The notes beneath the pieces are model-generated. The model searched no databases and had not been told where the DNA came from. It saw only the letters and a list, made by a program, of their open reading frames with translations. From Candidatus Latescibacterota bacterium (lineage in GTDB: Bacteria > Latescibacterota > CBDEFO01): a stretch of 64,000 nt of DNA. The position numbers were made by a program, and so were the translations under genes. Every line of letters begins with the position of its first letter. Within the stretch, counting starts at the first letter, position 1. Shown piece after piece: positions 1 to 10,189 of this stretch. Location of the stretch: contig CBDEFO010000008.1 in the NCBI GenBank assembly GCA_965237525.1, forward strand, positions 160,001 to 224,000, written 5' to 3'.

Positions 1-167
1 AGACGCGCGGAGCCGCCCGCGTATTCCGGGTCGGTCCAGCCGTAGGCCATGTCAATAATGACCAGCGCAGGTTTCCTCCCAAAGCCCAATTTCTGCAGGA
101 AGATACCACTCTGTTCATAGAAGTCCCTGACCGACTGAATGACCTTCTGTACGGCATTTTTATCCAT
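1..167 (-). CDS. Isochorismatase/cysteine hydrolase family protein, 5' part (runs off the window start)
   Basis: Manual minus-strand translation from the ATG at 167 gives MDKNAVQKVIQSVRDFYEQSGIFLQKLGFGRKPALVIIDMAYGWTDP; GFGxxPALVIID is typical of this family. Confidence 0.6.
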   Translation of the reverse strand, partial: MDKNAVQKVIQSVRDFYEQSGIFLQKLGFGRKPALVIIDMAYGWTDPEYAGGSAR

Positions 168-567
168 GACTTTTGCGCCGAGGGCACTCCGAACTGTGCC
201 GGCACTTCCTCCTCTCTCTTGACCTGCTCCTGCAAACTGCGTGCATGTGGTTGAAGCTCAATGTTTAGCTCTCCAAGACGTTAGCGATCAAGGTAACATA
301 ATGGACTAACTGCGACAGTTTTTGGACAGTTTAGAATCGTCTGGGGGAGTAAACCCCTATCTACTGTCTGCGAGATTGCTTATCCTTGCTGGAAATTCGG
401 TTGCTTGACTCCGGCATAAGAACCTTGGCCACACATTAGGAGCCAGGGCAGAGGTGGCAACAAGCCACGGAGCGGTCGCCCGTACATTTACATGAAACAT
501 ACGAGCTTTGCATCTCTAAATCAAGCAAAATCTGATGTTATCTTTTCAGAAGCGATGCAAAAATAGC

Positions 568-596
568 TTGATCTTCGGTCCAGTGGAAGGTATCTT
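568..596 (+). promoter_or_regulatory. Possible sigma70 promoter for the oxidase-reductase genes
   Basis: TTGATC-N17-TATCTT about 70 nt upstream of the GAGGAGG/GAAGGA RBS region and the GTG start. Confidence 0.3.
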
Positions 597-666
597 ATGG
601 TCGAGAAGATGCTACAGAACTTAGTGGCCTCTGCAGAAATGACAGTCATTACGAGGAGGTGAAGGA

Positions 667-1800
667 GTGTACGACGCTATCGTCATCGGTGCAGGTGGAA
701 TGGGTAGTGGGGTGGCATATCATCTGGCTCGTTCGGGGGCAAAAATTTTAGTGCTGGAGAAATTTGAAAGGGGACATACCTTCGGCAGTTCTCACGGCTA
801 CAGCCGGGTCATCCGACTGTTCTACGATAAGAAATTCTACATTGAACTTGCCAAGGCCGCCTATAGAGAATGGCGCAGCCTGGAAAAAGCATCGGGAGTA
901 AAGCTGCTCTTTCCCACAGGCAGCGTGCTGATTGCTCCCGAGGGACACAATTACGTCCTCACAGCGCGCGATGGTTTGGAGGCGGCAGGTGTCGAATCAG
1001 AGTGGTGGGGCAAGGAGCAACTTTCTGAACGGTTCCCTCAATTCAAAATACCGGACGGAACGAGCGTCCTCTGGCAAGAGGATACGGGCTTCCTCCACGC
1101 CTCAGAGTGCATCTTGACTCATTTAAAATTAGCTGAACAGCACGGAGCGGAAGTCAGAGAGGAGATATCTGTTGAAGGCATCGACTTTAAGGGGCATACT
1201 CCCCAAGTGATTACAAAAGAGGAGCGCTTCCGAGCCGATAAAGTCATTGTGACCGCAGGGCCGTGGGCGGGACAAATTCTCGGTGAATTAGGTCTGCCCT
1301 TGACCGTGACGCGCCAGCAGGTGGTCTATTATCGCCCAAAGGATCCAAGTCTCTTCCAGTTAGGACAGTTCCCGATCTTTGTGGACGTAACCTGGGGCGA
1401 GTTCTTCTACGGCTTTCCTGCCTTCGGACGTGAGGGAGTCAAGGTAGCGCGGCACGATATAGGTCTGGAAAAGGTATCGCCCGACACCTGCAATCGCACG
1501 CCAGATGCCGAATATATCGAGCACCTTAGAGCATTTTTGAAAGAGCGCATCCCTGATGCAGCAGGCGATGCCATTCACGGCGAGGTCTGCCTCTACACGG
1601 AGACCCCGGATGAGGACTTTATTATAGATACGCATCCTGACTGTGCCCATATTATCATCGCTGCGGGATTCTCCGGTCACGGGTTCAAGTTCTGCAGTCT
1701 AATCGGGAAGATCCTTTCGGAGATGGCTCTGGAGGGCGGGACACATTTCGACATCCATCCACTGCGGATAGCTCGGTTCGAGACGGTTGACGGTGGTTAG
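667..1800 (+). CDS. solA: Monomeric sarcosine oxidase / N-methyl-L-tryptophan oxidase family flavoprotein
   Basis: GAGGMG Rossmann motif, GSSHGYSRVIR, CLYTETPDEDFIID (covalent-FAD Cys), GFSGHGFKF. Confidence 0.85.
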   Translation: MYDAIVIGAGGMGSGVAYHLARSGAKILVLEKFERGHTFGSSHGYSRVIRLFYDKKFYIELAKAAYREWRSLEKASGVKLLFPTGSVLIAPEGHNYVLTARDGLEAAGVESEWWGKEQLSERFPQFKIPDGTSVLWQEDTGFLHASECILTHLKLAEQHGAEVREEISVEGIDFKGHTPQVITKEERFRADKVIVTAGPWAGQILGELGLPLTVTRQQVVYYRPKDPSLFQLGQFPIFVDVTWGEFFYGFPAFGREGVKVARHDIGLEKVSPDTCNRTPDAEYIEHLRAFLKERIPDAAGDAIHGEVCLYTETPDEDFIIDTHPDCAHIIIAAGFSGHGFKFCSLIGKILSEMALEGGTHFDIHPLRIARFETVDGG

Positions 1801-1881
1801 CATCGATGGGGATCGAAATTCCTTGCCTACTGTATATTTGCTTAGTTCCAACTCCAAACCGCCAAGGAGCCTCTGATCAAG

Positions 1882-2685
1882 ATGGCCTATGATATTCCCA
1901 CAGCAACCCTGGGTCGCACAGGTTTGACCGTTACGCGACTTGGCATAGGGGGTGCATACTGCGAAGATGCGGACGGTTATCGAAGGGCCCTGGACTCTGG
2001 CGCAAACTATATAGATACCGCACGCCTCTACAGAGGCGGAGAGGACGAAAAGGTCATTGGGCAGGCTATCAAAGGGAGGCGGGAGGACATCATTCTGGCT
2101 ACCAAGACGGGAAGACGCGATGCCAAAGGAGCGCGCCAAGACCTTGAGATATCCCTGAAACTGCTCGGGACAGACTACATAGACATCTGGCAGGTGCACA
2201 ATCTGAACATTCAATCCCAGCGCGAGCAAGCCTTAAGCAAAAACGGCGCGATGGAGACATTCCATAAGGCGAAGGAGGAGGGACTTATACGCTTTATGGG
2301 TGTCACAGGCCACGACTGGGTTCAGGTGGGAGAGGCAGTCGCTACAGGTCTCTTTGACACCGTCTTGTGCTGGTATAACTGCGCTATGAGAGAGCCTGAG
2401 GAAAGTGTCTTCCCACACGCTGTGGCACACAATACTGGCGTGGTCGTTATGAACGCTTCGCGCAACGAAAAGCTCTTCAGCGACTCCGGGAATCCTGCGC
2501 CTGAAGCCTTCTACCGCTACGTTTTAAGCAATGATGCGGTCAATATGACGATTATGGCGTTGAGAAATGTTGATCTTTTCTGGCAGATAGCATCGGCCCT
2601 ATCCCAGAGCACAACGATAACTCGAAAGGAGAAAGCCGAACTTGAGGAGTACGGATCAAAGATGCGGGCGGAGGGAAAGTTGTGA
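1882..2685 (+). CDS. Aldo/keto reductase
   Basis: LGRTGL.VTRLGIG, YIDTARLY, ILATK, SLKLLGTDYIDIWQVH motifs. Confidence 0.88.
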   Translation: MAYDIPTATLGRTGLTVTRLGIGGAYCEDADGYRRALDSGANYIDTARLYRGGEDEKVIGQAIKGRREDIILATKTGRRDAKGARQDLEISLKLLGTDYIDIWQVHNLNIQSQREQALSKNGAMETFHKAKEEGLIRFMGVTGHDWVQVGEAVATGLFDTVLCWYNCAMREPEESVFPHAVAHNTGVVVMNASRNEKLFSDSGNPAPEAFYRYVLSNDAVNMTIMALRNVDLFWQIASALSQSTTITRKEKAELEEYGSKMRAEGKL

Positions 2686-2864
2686 TTAGATGGACAATCT
2701 TCTACACCGCTTTGGCGCTGCTGTTCACGTTGAATGGGCCTGCCTATGCGCAGGGTCTTTTCGCACCTTATGTGGACTATGGCGATAGGGATGCTACTTA
2801 TAAGATAGAGACTATGGAGTATTTGTCTGTTATCAGCCACAGACTTCATTTTAAACGTTCTTGA
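2682..2864 (+). pseudogene. Signal-peptide stub of a secreted protein (possibly an FG-GAP/VCBS-type N-terminus)
   Basis: Hydrophobic leader ending AYA-Q, then GLFAPYVDYG; DNA similarity to a second stub at 51275-51406. Confidence 0.4.
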
Positions 2865-2876
2865 GGGGGCAGAAAG

Positions 2877-5800
2877 ATGGCAAAGAAATTTGAGTTTTTA
2901 GAAGTATTTATGGGGATAGTTCTGCTATCCTTTGTAAGCGCCAATGCGGCTGTAATCAGTGATGTTAAGGTCTGCAATCTTAGAGGAGGGAGGGCTGCGA
3001 CGATTACGTGGCTTACCGACGTTGCGGCAACAGGGGAAGATAGCGTACTTGTAACCAATACTTCCATCTCTCTGGATACTGTGTTCACTGCGTCCAGAAT
3101 CGGTTTCAACACTCACGCCGTGGATATAAGTGGTTTAACTCCCAGTAGCACAGGTTATTCATTTTTTATAGTATCTGAGGGAGCCACAAGCAGTGGTACA
3201 TTTGATACTCCGACTGAGTTCGCCAACGCTCCACAGACAACCACTGTGAAGGTGCTTAACAAGGATGGCACGGATGCTGAGGGAGCTCTGGTTCCTGCGA
3301 TTGTGACCGACCTTTCCTTAGCTGGTCCTCCTTTCAATATCAGGTTACCCTCTTTGCCTATATGTGGCATTACTGGTTCAACTGGCATAGCCGTTCTTTC
3401 TTTGGATTTAGCAGTCAAGGAAAACGGTCTGGGCAATATGGCGTTTAACCCGTCGTCTGCCGGTGGATTTGAAGTCACGCTTGAGGCAAAGGACGGCAAG
3501 GGCAATAGCGCTTCGTCCGGTGCTCTCGTCACACCTATAAATCTGAATGTCAATATAGACACTCTCCAATTGGCTTCTCCGACCATCCCTATAATTAATG
3601 TCTCTCCTAGTTCACTAGATTTCGGCCTCGTGCAGGTTGCAAGCTCTAAAAGGGATACTGTGACTTTAAAGAGCGTAGGCGGAGATACGCTGAAAATTAA
3701 CGGGCTTTCAGGCGTTGAGCTGCCATTTAGCATCGTATCGCCGGTCACACTGCCAGATACGCTTGCGCCAAATTCCTTGACAAATGTCGTTGTAGAATTT
3801 AGTCCTACCACTGCCGGTTCTTTCCTGGATACTCTGGTCGTTACAAGCAACGATACTACGAACGCCATCTTAAATATACCTTTAAGCGGCTCTTCGAGCT
3901 TCCAGCTCGTTATCAACGAGGTACTGTTCAATCCGGGGATGTTGGACGCCAACAGGGACGGCACAGTTTCCGATACGGAAGATGAGTTTATAGAAATACT
4001 TAACAACGGACTCAATACGATGGACATAGGAGGATGGACGTTAAGCGACATCAGTGCAGCGGCCCCCTTTGCCTTTCCTGGAGGCACTACGATAGTTCCG
4101 GGAGAATTTATAGTCCTTTTCGGAGATACGACTGGAGCCACAGGATTTACAGGACAGATCTTCTCAGATCCCGACAACCTCATCGGGGACGGACTATCCG
4201 AGCCGCCGGGAGACCCAGATGGAGTCGTGCTCAAGACATCAGGAGGCGTCACGGTCGATTCTGTGTTCTCATCCTCTCCTCCCACAGGAAAGTCACTGGT
4301 GAGGATTCCCGATGGGATAGGTGCTTTTGGCGACCACGACAGCCCAAATGCTATCGCCAAGATCTCCCCCGGCGAACCCAGAGTTGGGCTTTCGTCTATA
4401 GCGACGCCTGATTCCATAGAAATTCCGGCGGGATTGACGGCGCAGCTGAGCGCATTAGGGTTCTTTTCCCCTGATTCCACCAATATTACAGACCTGGTGA
4501 TCTGGTCGAGTTCAGATACAAGTATAGCCGTTGTGGACGATTCTGGAAAGGTAACTGCCAAAACGCAGGCTTCCTATCCGCAGACGACGTATATAAGGGC
4601 GAATATTTTCGATCTTGCAGATTCAACAAAGGTCAAGGTGATCGTTCCTCTGGCACCTGTTATGACATCTATTAATCCCACTTCTGGCACGGAATTAGGC
4701 GGTACGTCTGTGACGATAGCAGGGAACAATTTCCGGAGCGGAGCGACTGTGACTTTTGGTGATACTGCAGCCGCAGGTGTGGGCGTAGCCTCCTCTGATA
4801 CTATTAGTGCTACTACTCCCACTCACCCTGTCGGGACTGTGGATATAATAATCACAAATCCCAGTGGCCTGGCAGACACCCTCTTTGGTGGATTTACTTT
4901 TAGCGTCAATCCTGTTGTGACATCTATTGATCCTACTTCTGGCACGGAATTGGGGGGCACATCTGTTACGATAACAGGTAGCGGTTTCAAAATCGGAGGG
5001 ACTGTTGCTTTCGATGATAGCACAGCCACATCAGATACAGTAGTCTCGGATAGCAATATTACGGCTGTGATTCCTGCTCATCCTGTTGGGACTGTACATG
5101 TGATAGTTACAAATCCCGACGGTCAAGCAGACACGCTCTCTAACGGATTTACTTTTGTTTCTATTGACGCTATAACCGATACTGTCTCCTTTGACGCTGT
5201 GGGAGATAGGGCGGCTATTGAGATTGTGATAGATACTGTCAAGGCCAGCGCGGGCGCGCCGTTTTTGGAGGATAGTCTTTTGGCTGTGAGTTATAACGTC
5301 ACAGGGGTACTTAATCCTTTTGTCGCCAAGGTCTTTGATGCCAGCGGCAGTGAGCCGGGGGTGGCGTTGACAAGTAAGGTGATAGATCCTGCTGGAGGTC
5401 TCAGTCAACTCGTATCGGACGGCTTCACAAGGTTTGAGGATGGACGAGTCAGTTTAGGAATCACTCAGGGACAAACTCTGTTTATAGCTATGGAGTTATC
5501 TTCTGCTGCGGGTCCTTCGATAGGTGTGAATAGCGGTCTTGATCCGAGCAAGAGTTGGACATACGATGAGATCGGAGGAGTTACGCGGTGGAGGCGGAGT
5601 TCCGATTTCGGAATAACAGGTGATAGAGGATTTATGATACGGACAGTGACGGGGATTATGGGGGATGTGTCAAAGTTTCCTCCTGGCAGAGGAATATCAG
5701 ACGGAGAGATTGGGACGGAAGATTTGGACTTCGTGGTAGATGTAGTTCTTAGCAGGATTTCTGAATCTGGTGTATCGGATGTGATATCAGGAGCGGATAG

Positions 5801-5900
5801 AGTTACGAGATTCCTTATGGATGCAGTGGACGGAAGAGGAGATGGGGCTGACGGCATAGTTAATCTTTTCGATATCCTGTTTGTTGTTGATAGGCTCTGA
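2877..5900 (+). CDS. Large secreted modular protein: shared N-terminal module, ASH/choice-of-anchor D, lamin-tail domain, Big_2, 2x IPT/TIG, C-terminal dockerin-like domain
   Basis: Signal peptide (ANA-A); SPSSLDFGLV..VEFSP..SND (ASH); VINEVLFNP..EFIEILN..IGGWTLSD (LTD); WSSSDTSIAVVD (Big_2); two TSI.PTSGTELGGTSVTI.G repeats; GDV..DGEIGTEDL / DGIVNLFDIL. Confidence 0.8.
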   Translation: MAKKFEFLEVFMGIVLLSFVSANAAVISDVKVCNLRGGRAATITWLTDVAATGEDSVLVTNTSISLDTVFTASRIGFNTHAVDISGLTPSSTGYSFFIVSEGATSSGTFDTPTEFANAPQTTTVKVLNKDGTDAEGALVPAIVTDLSLAGPPFNIRLPSLPICGITGSTGIAVLSLDLAVKENGLGNMAFNPSSAGGFEVTLEAKDGKGNSASSGALVTPINLNVNIDTLQLASPTIPIINVSPSSLDFGLVQVASSKRDTVTLKSVGGDTLKINGLSGVELPFSIVSPVTLPDTLAPNSLTNVVVEFSPTTAGSFLDTLVVTSNDTTNAILNIPLSGSSSFQLVINEVLFNPGMLDANRDGTVSDTEDEFIEILNNGLNTMDIGGWTLSDISAAAPFAFPGGTTIVPGEFIVLFGDTTGATGFTGQIFSDPDNLIGDGLSEPPGDPDGVVLKTSGGVTVDSVFSSSPPTGKSLVRIPDGIGAFGDHDSPNAIAKISPGEPRVGLSSIATPDSIEIPAGLTAQLSALGFFSPDSTNITDLVIWSSSDTSIAVVDDSGKVTAKTQASYPQTTYIRANIFDLADSTKVKVIVPLAPVMTSINPTSGTELGGTSVTIAGNNFRSGATVTFGDTAAAGVGVASSDTISATTPTHPVGTVDIIITNPSGLADTLFGGFTFSVNPVVTSIDPTSGTELGGTSVTITGSGFKIGGTVAFDDSTATSDTVVSDSNITAVIPAHPVGTVHVIVTNPDGQADTLSNGFTFVSIDAITDTVSFDAVGDRAAIEIVIDTVKASAGAPFLEDSLLAVSYNVTGVLNPFVAKVFDASGSEPGVALTSKVIDPAGGLSQLVSDGFTRFEDGRVSLGITQGQTLFIAMELSSAAGPSIGVNSGLDPSKSWTYDEIGGVTRWRRSSDFGITGDRGFMIRTVTGIMGDVSKFPPGRGISDGEIGTEDLDFVVDVVLSRISESGVSDVISGADRVTRFLMDAVDGRGDGADGIVNLFDILFVVDRL

Positions 5901-6364
5901 TATTTAGATTAAGTCCGTTATATTTTCTCTACTGTAAGACAGTTCTGTAGCCAGAAACGTCATCTATATCTAAGAGAAGGATGATTCTTAAAAGTACTAT
6001 GCAGTTTTGGGTTGACTTCTGGACGCTCGGGGTAATATTTTGCAGGATACACAGACGGATTACACTTTCTGATATTGACGGAGTAGGCTTTTTCCCATAT
6101 GCAAAAGGAAGGGATTTCAAGGTCATGTTTGTGGCATAACCATGAACCCCAATAAACTATGGCTTATTTCGGGATCTTGCGTGAGGATTGTGTCAGTTTG
6201 GATCGTTGCTTCACGCCATAGGATTTGATGGATCATTGATTCTTCACGGTCTTGAGGAAGCGCAGGTGGGAGAGTGCGTGACTTTCCTGCATTGAGAGCT
6301 TGTGAATCAACTGTCTGCCGATGAGGCAGATGGGCCGAACTACAACGGAAAGGGAGGCAGCCAA

Positions 6365-7717
6365 ATGTCCGCTACAGAGCAGAACGATTCTCTGTTCCAT
6401 CGCGATTTGACTTACAACTATCCGATCATAGTGCGTGGGGAGGGGATTTACCTCTACGACAATACCGGAAAACGCTACCTGGACGGTATATCCGGTGTGA
6501 GCAACGTCATCCTGGGACACGGCCGCCAACGTATCGTAGAGGCGATGTCCGAGCAGGGCAAGACTCTGGCTTACTGCTTCTCCGGCAATTTTACCAACCA
6601 GCCAGCATTGGACTTAGCTGAGCGCATTACGGCGCTGGCCCCTGGCGACCTCAATTACGTATACTTTGTCTCTGGAGGCTCGGAGGGCATCGAAACAGCG
6701 ATCAAGATAGCCCGCCAATACCACGTACAGCGCGGCAATAAGCAGAAGTACCAAATCATTGCTCGCTGGCGTGGCTACCACGGTGCTACGCTGGGCGCGC
6801 TGGGGGCCACGGGCCTGCCGTCATTGCGCTCCCCCTTTGCCCCATTGCTGTCCGATTTTCCGCATATAGCGCCCTGCTATCCCTACCGCTGCGCCTTTGC
6901 AGGCTGCATGGGGAAATGTAACCTGACCTGTGCCCACCAACTGGAAGAGGCAATCTTGCAGGCTGGACCGGAAAATGTCGCCGGCTTCATCGCTGAACCG
7001 GTGGTGAATGCGGGGATCGCCATTGGCGTCCCGCCGCCTGATTACTATCCACTGATCCGCGAAATATGCGACAAATACGAAATACTCTTTATTGCGGATG
7101 AAATAGTCACCGGCTTTGGCCGAACAGGAAGGTATTTTGCCATCGAGCACTGGGGCGTTGTGCCGGATATGATTGTCTTTGGCAAGGGGGTCAGCGGTGG
7201 CTATTGTCCTCTGGGCGGCGTGATCCTTCAGGAAGAAATTCGCGACAGCTTTGCCGAGAGCGGCAAACCCTTCGCCCACGTTTTCACCTATGTTGATAAC
7301 CCCGTAGCTACGAGAGCCGGACTGGAGGTCCTGGACATCATAGAGGAGGAGGAGATTCTTGAGCAGGCTGCGCAGCAGGGCGAGTACCTGCTGACAAGCG
7401 CGAAAAAATTGCAAGCACATCCAAGCGTTGGTGAAATTCGCAGCAAGGGACTGATGCTCGGGATCGAACTGGTGCGCGACAGTGCGACCAAAGAGCCTTT
7501 TCCCGCGGGGCTGGGGGTCAACAAACGCATAAGCAAGATTCTGCTGGACAAGGGTTTGTCTGTGGGGGCCACCGGCGGCGGCGCGGACTGGATAAACGGT
7601 GACGACGTGCGTCTCTATCCCCCGCTTATCATCACTCGTAGACAGATTGACGAAGCGATCAGCATCCTGGACGAGGGACTGGGTCAGTTGGAAGACGAAC
7701 TTTCGCACTCCACCTAA
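6365..7717 (+). CDS. Class III PLP-dependent aminotransferase
   Basis: YLDGISG, SGGSEG, YHGATLG, FIADEIVTGFGRTG, DMIVFGKG; ATG 6365 follows an AGGGAGG RBS. Confidence 0.9.
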   Translation: MSATEQNDSLFHRDLTYNYPIIVRGEGIYLYDNTGKRYLDGISGVSNVILGHGRQRIVEAMSEQGKTLAYCFSGNFTNQPALDLAERITALAPGDLNYVYFVSGGSEGIETAIKIARQYHVQRGNKQKYQIIARWRGYHGATLGALGATGLPSLRSPFAPLLSDFPHIAPCYPYRCAFAGCMGKCNLTCAHQLEEAILQAGPENVAGFIAEPVVNAGIAIGVPPPDYYPLIREICDKYEILFIADEIVTGFGRTGRYFAIEHWGVVPDMIVFGKGVSGGYCPLGGVILQEEIRDSFAESGKPFAHVFTYVDNPVATRAGLEVLDIIEEEEILEQAAQQGEYLLTSAKKLQAHPSVGEIRSKGLMLGIELVRDSATKEPFPAGLGVNKRISKILLDKGLSVGATGGGADWINGDDVRLYPPLIITRRQIDEAISILDEGLGQLEDELSHST

Positions 7718-7996
7718 CATGCTTGCTCGCCGCGGTCACCATGACCATCTTATCTACGCTGACCCTACCCATTTCGAGGGGAGGTGGATGCAGTGTGGCT
7801 ACAAACCACAAAGTGGGTTGCATCGGACATCGTTTCTCTCCACATATCTCCTAATGTTGCACCGACCACATTCTGGCTCTATAGGGTACGTCACCGTTCT
7901 CGGCCCTCATGTTGCTCCCAGGTTTCATTCTCAGCGGGTGATAAAAAGGTAAAAGGGGTTGTGAGAAGTCAGCTATGCAATATCCTAGGCCTCTGA

Positions 7997-9565
7997 CTAC
8001 CCTTTAATCTCGGGCCAAGGATGATTCCCGGGATCAAGTAAACGGCTCGGTGCAAAATAAGGTTTGGGATAGTCGTCCGGCTCGTCGGTGATCCCAAGGA
8101 TGCGGTTGACTATGCAGCGCCCGCCGTTGAACGACACGCTACTGCCAGAGCCGCACATGCCTCCAATGATGTACCGTCCTTTACCGTCAATTATGCCGAC
8201 GACCGGATATTCATCGGGCGTGTAACCGACGGTGCCGCTCCACTCGTGGGTCATGTGCAGCTGGTATGGTCCGTAATATCGCTTCATCTGGCCTGCCAGA
8301 AACTTGGTGAGGAAGCGCGAGGGCCTGTTGCGTCCGGCCTCGTGATCGGGCAAGCGGGACCCGCCAGAGCCGAATAAGACCCTCTTTCCGTAGCGGCCGG
8401 CGAAGAACCAGGCACCGCTGATGCCGACGTGTGGCTTCATCGTCTCCGGCCCACCGTTGCCGCTGGCGGCCTGTTCCTGCAACGGGAGGATCGCGTCGTG
8501 GAATTGCTGCAGCAATCCGGGTGTGTAGGACTCGGTGGCATAAACTACGTGGCTCGTCCGGATCGGCCCGCGCTGGGTGTGGACTACGTAATGTTCGCCC
8601 TGGTCTTCCACAGAGGTTACTCTTGTGCGCGTGAACAGTTGGACAGATGTCGTGCTCAGAGCGGATTGGAGCAGGGACCAGACCCACTTGGCAGGATGCC
8701 ACGATGCGGCTGCCAGTGAAAAACCGGCGTTGTGTTCAAGCTGCATGCCCGACTTGTCAAGGGCCTCTTCGGGCGTGATGTCAGTCCAGTCGGTAAAGCC
8801 GGTAGCCAGCGCCATTTTCACTGACTCTTGCAGCGATTCCTGCTCATGGCCGTCTCTGGACTGCACCCATCCAGCGCGCACATAATTGCAGTCAAAGCCC
8901 TCGGCCTCTATGGTCTTTTCGATCAGGTCAGCGTTGTTGTACGCTGCGCGGCAGTAAGCAGCGGCGAACTGTCTGGACAGTTGGTCGCGCTCGGTATCAG
9001 TCAGATCCCGGCGGACATGGCCCAGGTTCTGGAGAACCGTGTCCCGAACCATCTTAAAGTACCTGCCCATGACGACCAGCCCTTCGTTGCGGCCGGAACT
9101 GCCGCTGGCCGGATCGTCCATCTCCAGCACGACCATGAGCCGATGTGGCGGCGCCTTTTTCGACCAGTGGTACGCCAGTGCGGCTCCTGTGAAGCCCGCG
9201 CCGATAACTACAGTATCAGCCTCATCAGGTAAGGTTGTCGCCGGTTCCTTCTGCCACGGATGGTTTTCCAGCGGGTTGACATCCAGCAGCCACATGGGCG
9301 TGGAAGAAACCTTCCTGTCGATCGTCAGGTGCTGCATGCCCTCGGGGATGGCGACGAACATCTGATACAGGCACCATGCCAGGAAGCGGCACCATCGCAA
9401 GACGAAGGGCTGGTCCCCGTAGCGCTTCCTCACGTACGTGCCGGCCGCCTGGAAGTCAGGTTTTCGCAGCCCAATTAGCAGGCCCAGAGCGACTCTCAGG
9501 CGCCTGAACAGACTCACGCCGGATGGGGTGAGGCGTGTGTCACAGCTTTGCGCAGCCAATTCCAT
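7997..9565 (-). CDS. FAD-dependent oxidoreductase (DAO/PuuB-like) with an N-terminal extension
   Basis: VVIGAGFTG, ASGSSGRNEG, HPAK, WSGTVGYTPDEYPVVG. Confidence 0.78.
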   Translation of the reverse strand: MELAAQSCDTRLTPSGVSLFRRLRVALGLLIGLRKPDFQAAGTYVRKRYGDQPFVLRWCRFLAWCLYQMFVAIPEGMQHLTIDRKVSSTPMWLLDVNPLENHPWQKEPATTLPDEADTVVIGAGFTGAALAYHWSKKAPPHRLMVVLEMDDPASGSSGRNEGLVVMGRYFKMVRDTVLQNLGHVRRDLTDTERDQLSRQFAAAYCRAAYNNADLIEKTIEAEGFDCNYVRAGWVQSRDGHEQESLQESVKMALATGFTDWTDITPEEALDKSGMQLEHNAGFSLAAASWHPAKWVWSLLQSALSTTSVQLFTRTRVTSVEDQGEHYVVHTQRGPIRTSHVVYATESYTPGLLQQFHDAILPLQEQAASGNGGPETMKPHVGISGAWFFAGRYGKRVLFGSGGSRLPDHEAGRNRPSRFLTKFLAGQMKRYYGPYQLHMTHEWSGTVGYTPDEYPVVGIIDGKGRYIIGGMCGSGSSVSFNGGRCIVNRILGITDEPDDYPKPYFAPSRLLDPGNHPWPEIKG

Positions 9566-9607
9566 AGATCCTTTCAGCTACTTGAGCAATGTGGCCATGT
9601 TCTGCTT

Positions 9608-10189
9608 TCAATCCTCCAGTTGACCGCCAACTTCCAGCGCTGCCCAGAAGGCATAGTCAGCGTGGTGCACGATGGTCACGTGCAAAGATCGCTTGACCAA
9701 TTCGCCCTCCCCGGAGTGGCAGCCGGCTGCGTGGCATACTTCTTCGGGCAGACTCACTGTGAGGCAAACGTGCGTGCCGTATTGCGTATGCCTAATTGCA
9801 GGGAAGCCCGAGGTGTCGGGATTCTGTTGCCAGCGCTGCTGGTTCTCTGGATCAAACTCGAAGGGCTTTCCCACATCGTGACACAGGGCGCACGCGATCA
9901 GCATGTCGCGATCTATGGGCAAGTCGGGAAACTGGCTATGAAGCGAGTCGGCCAACGCGATCGCCAGCTGCGTCACGCCGCGAATGTGGTCCGTTTGCGT
10001 GCCCGACTTGAGGCGAGCCGTGTCAGGGTTGCCTGAGGGGCGGATCTGGTCAATGGAGGTGAACAAACTGTGACCCAGGCTGTAAGCCCACGCATCAATG
10101 ACCTTGTTGCGCAGTGACTCGTCGCCGATCTGGCTCACCTCAGGCAACGAACGAATAACCGACTCTCGTAGTTTATCTGAAATCTGCAT
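9608..10189 (-). CDS. HD-domain metal-dependent phosphohydrolase
   Basis: DHIRGV...LCHDVGK...RH...H...HHAD motif spacing. Confidence 0.8.
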   Translation of the reverse strand: MQISDKLRESVIRSLPEVSQIGDESLRNKVIDAWAYSLGHSLFTSIDQIRPSGNPDTARLKSGTQTDHIRGVTQLAIALADSLHSQFPDLPIDRDMLIACALCHDVGKPFEFDPENQQRWQQNPDTSGFPAIRHTQYGTHVCLTVSLPEEVCHAAGCHSGEGELVKRSLHVTIVHHADYAFWAALEVGGQLED

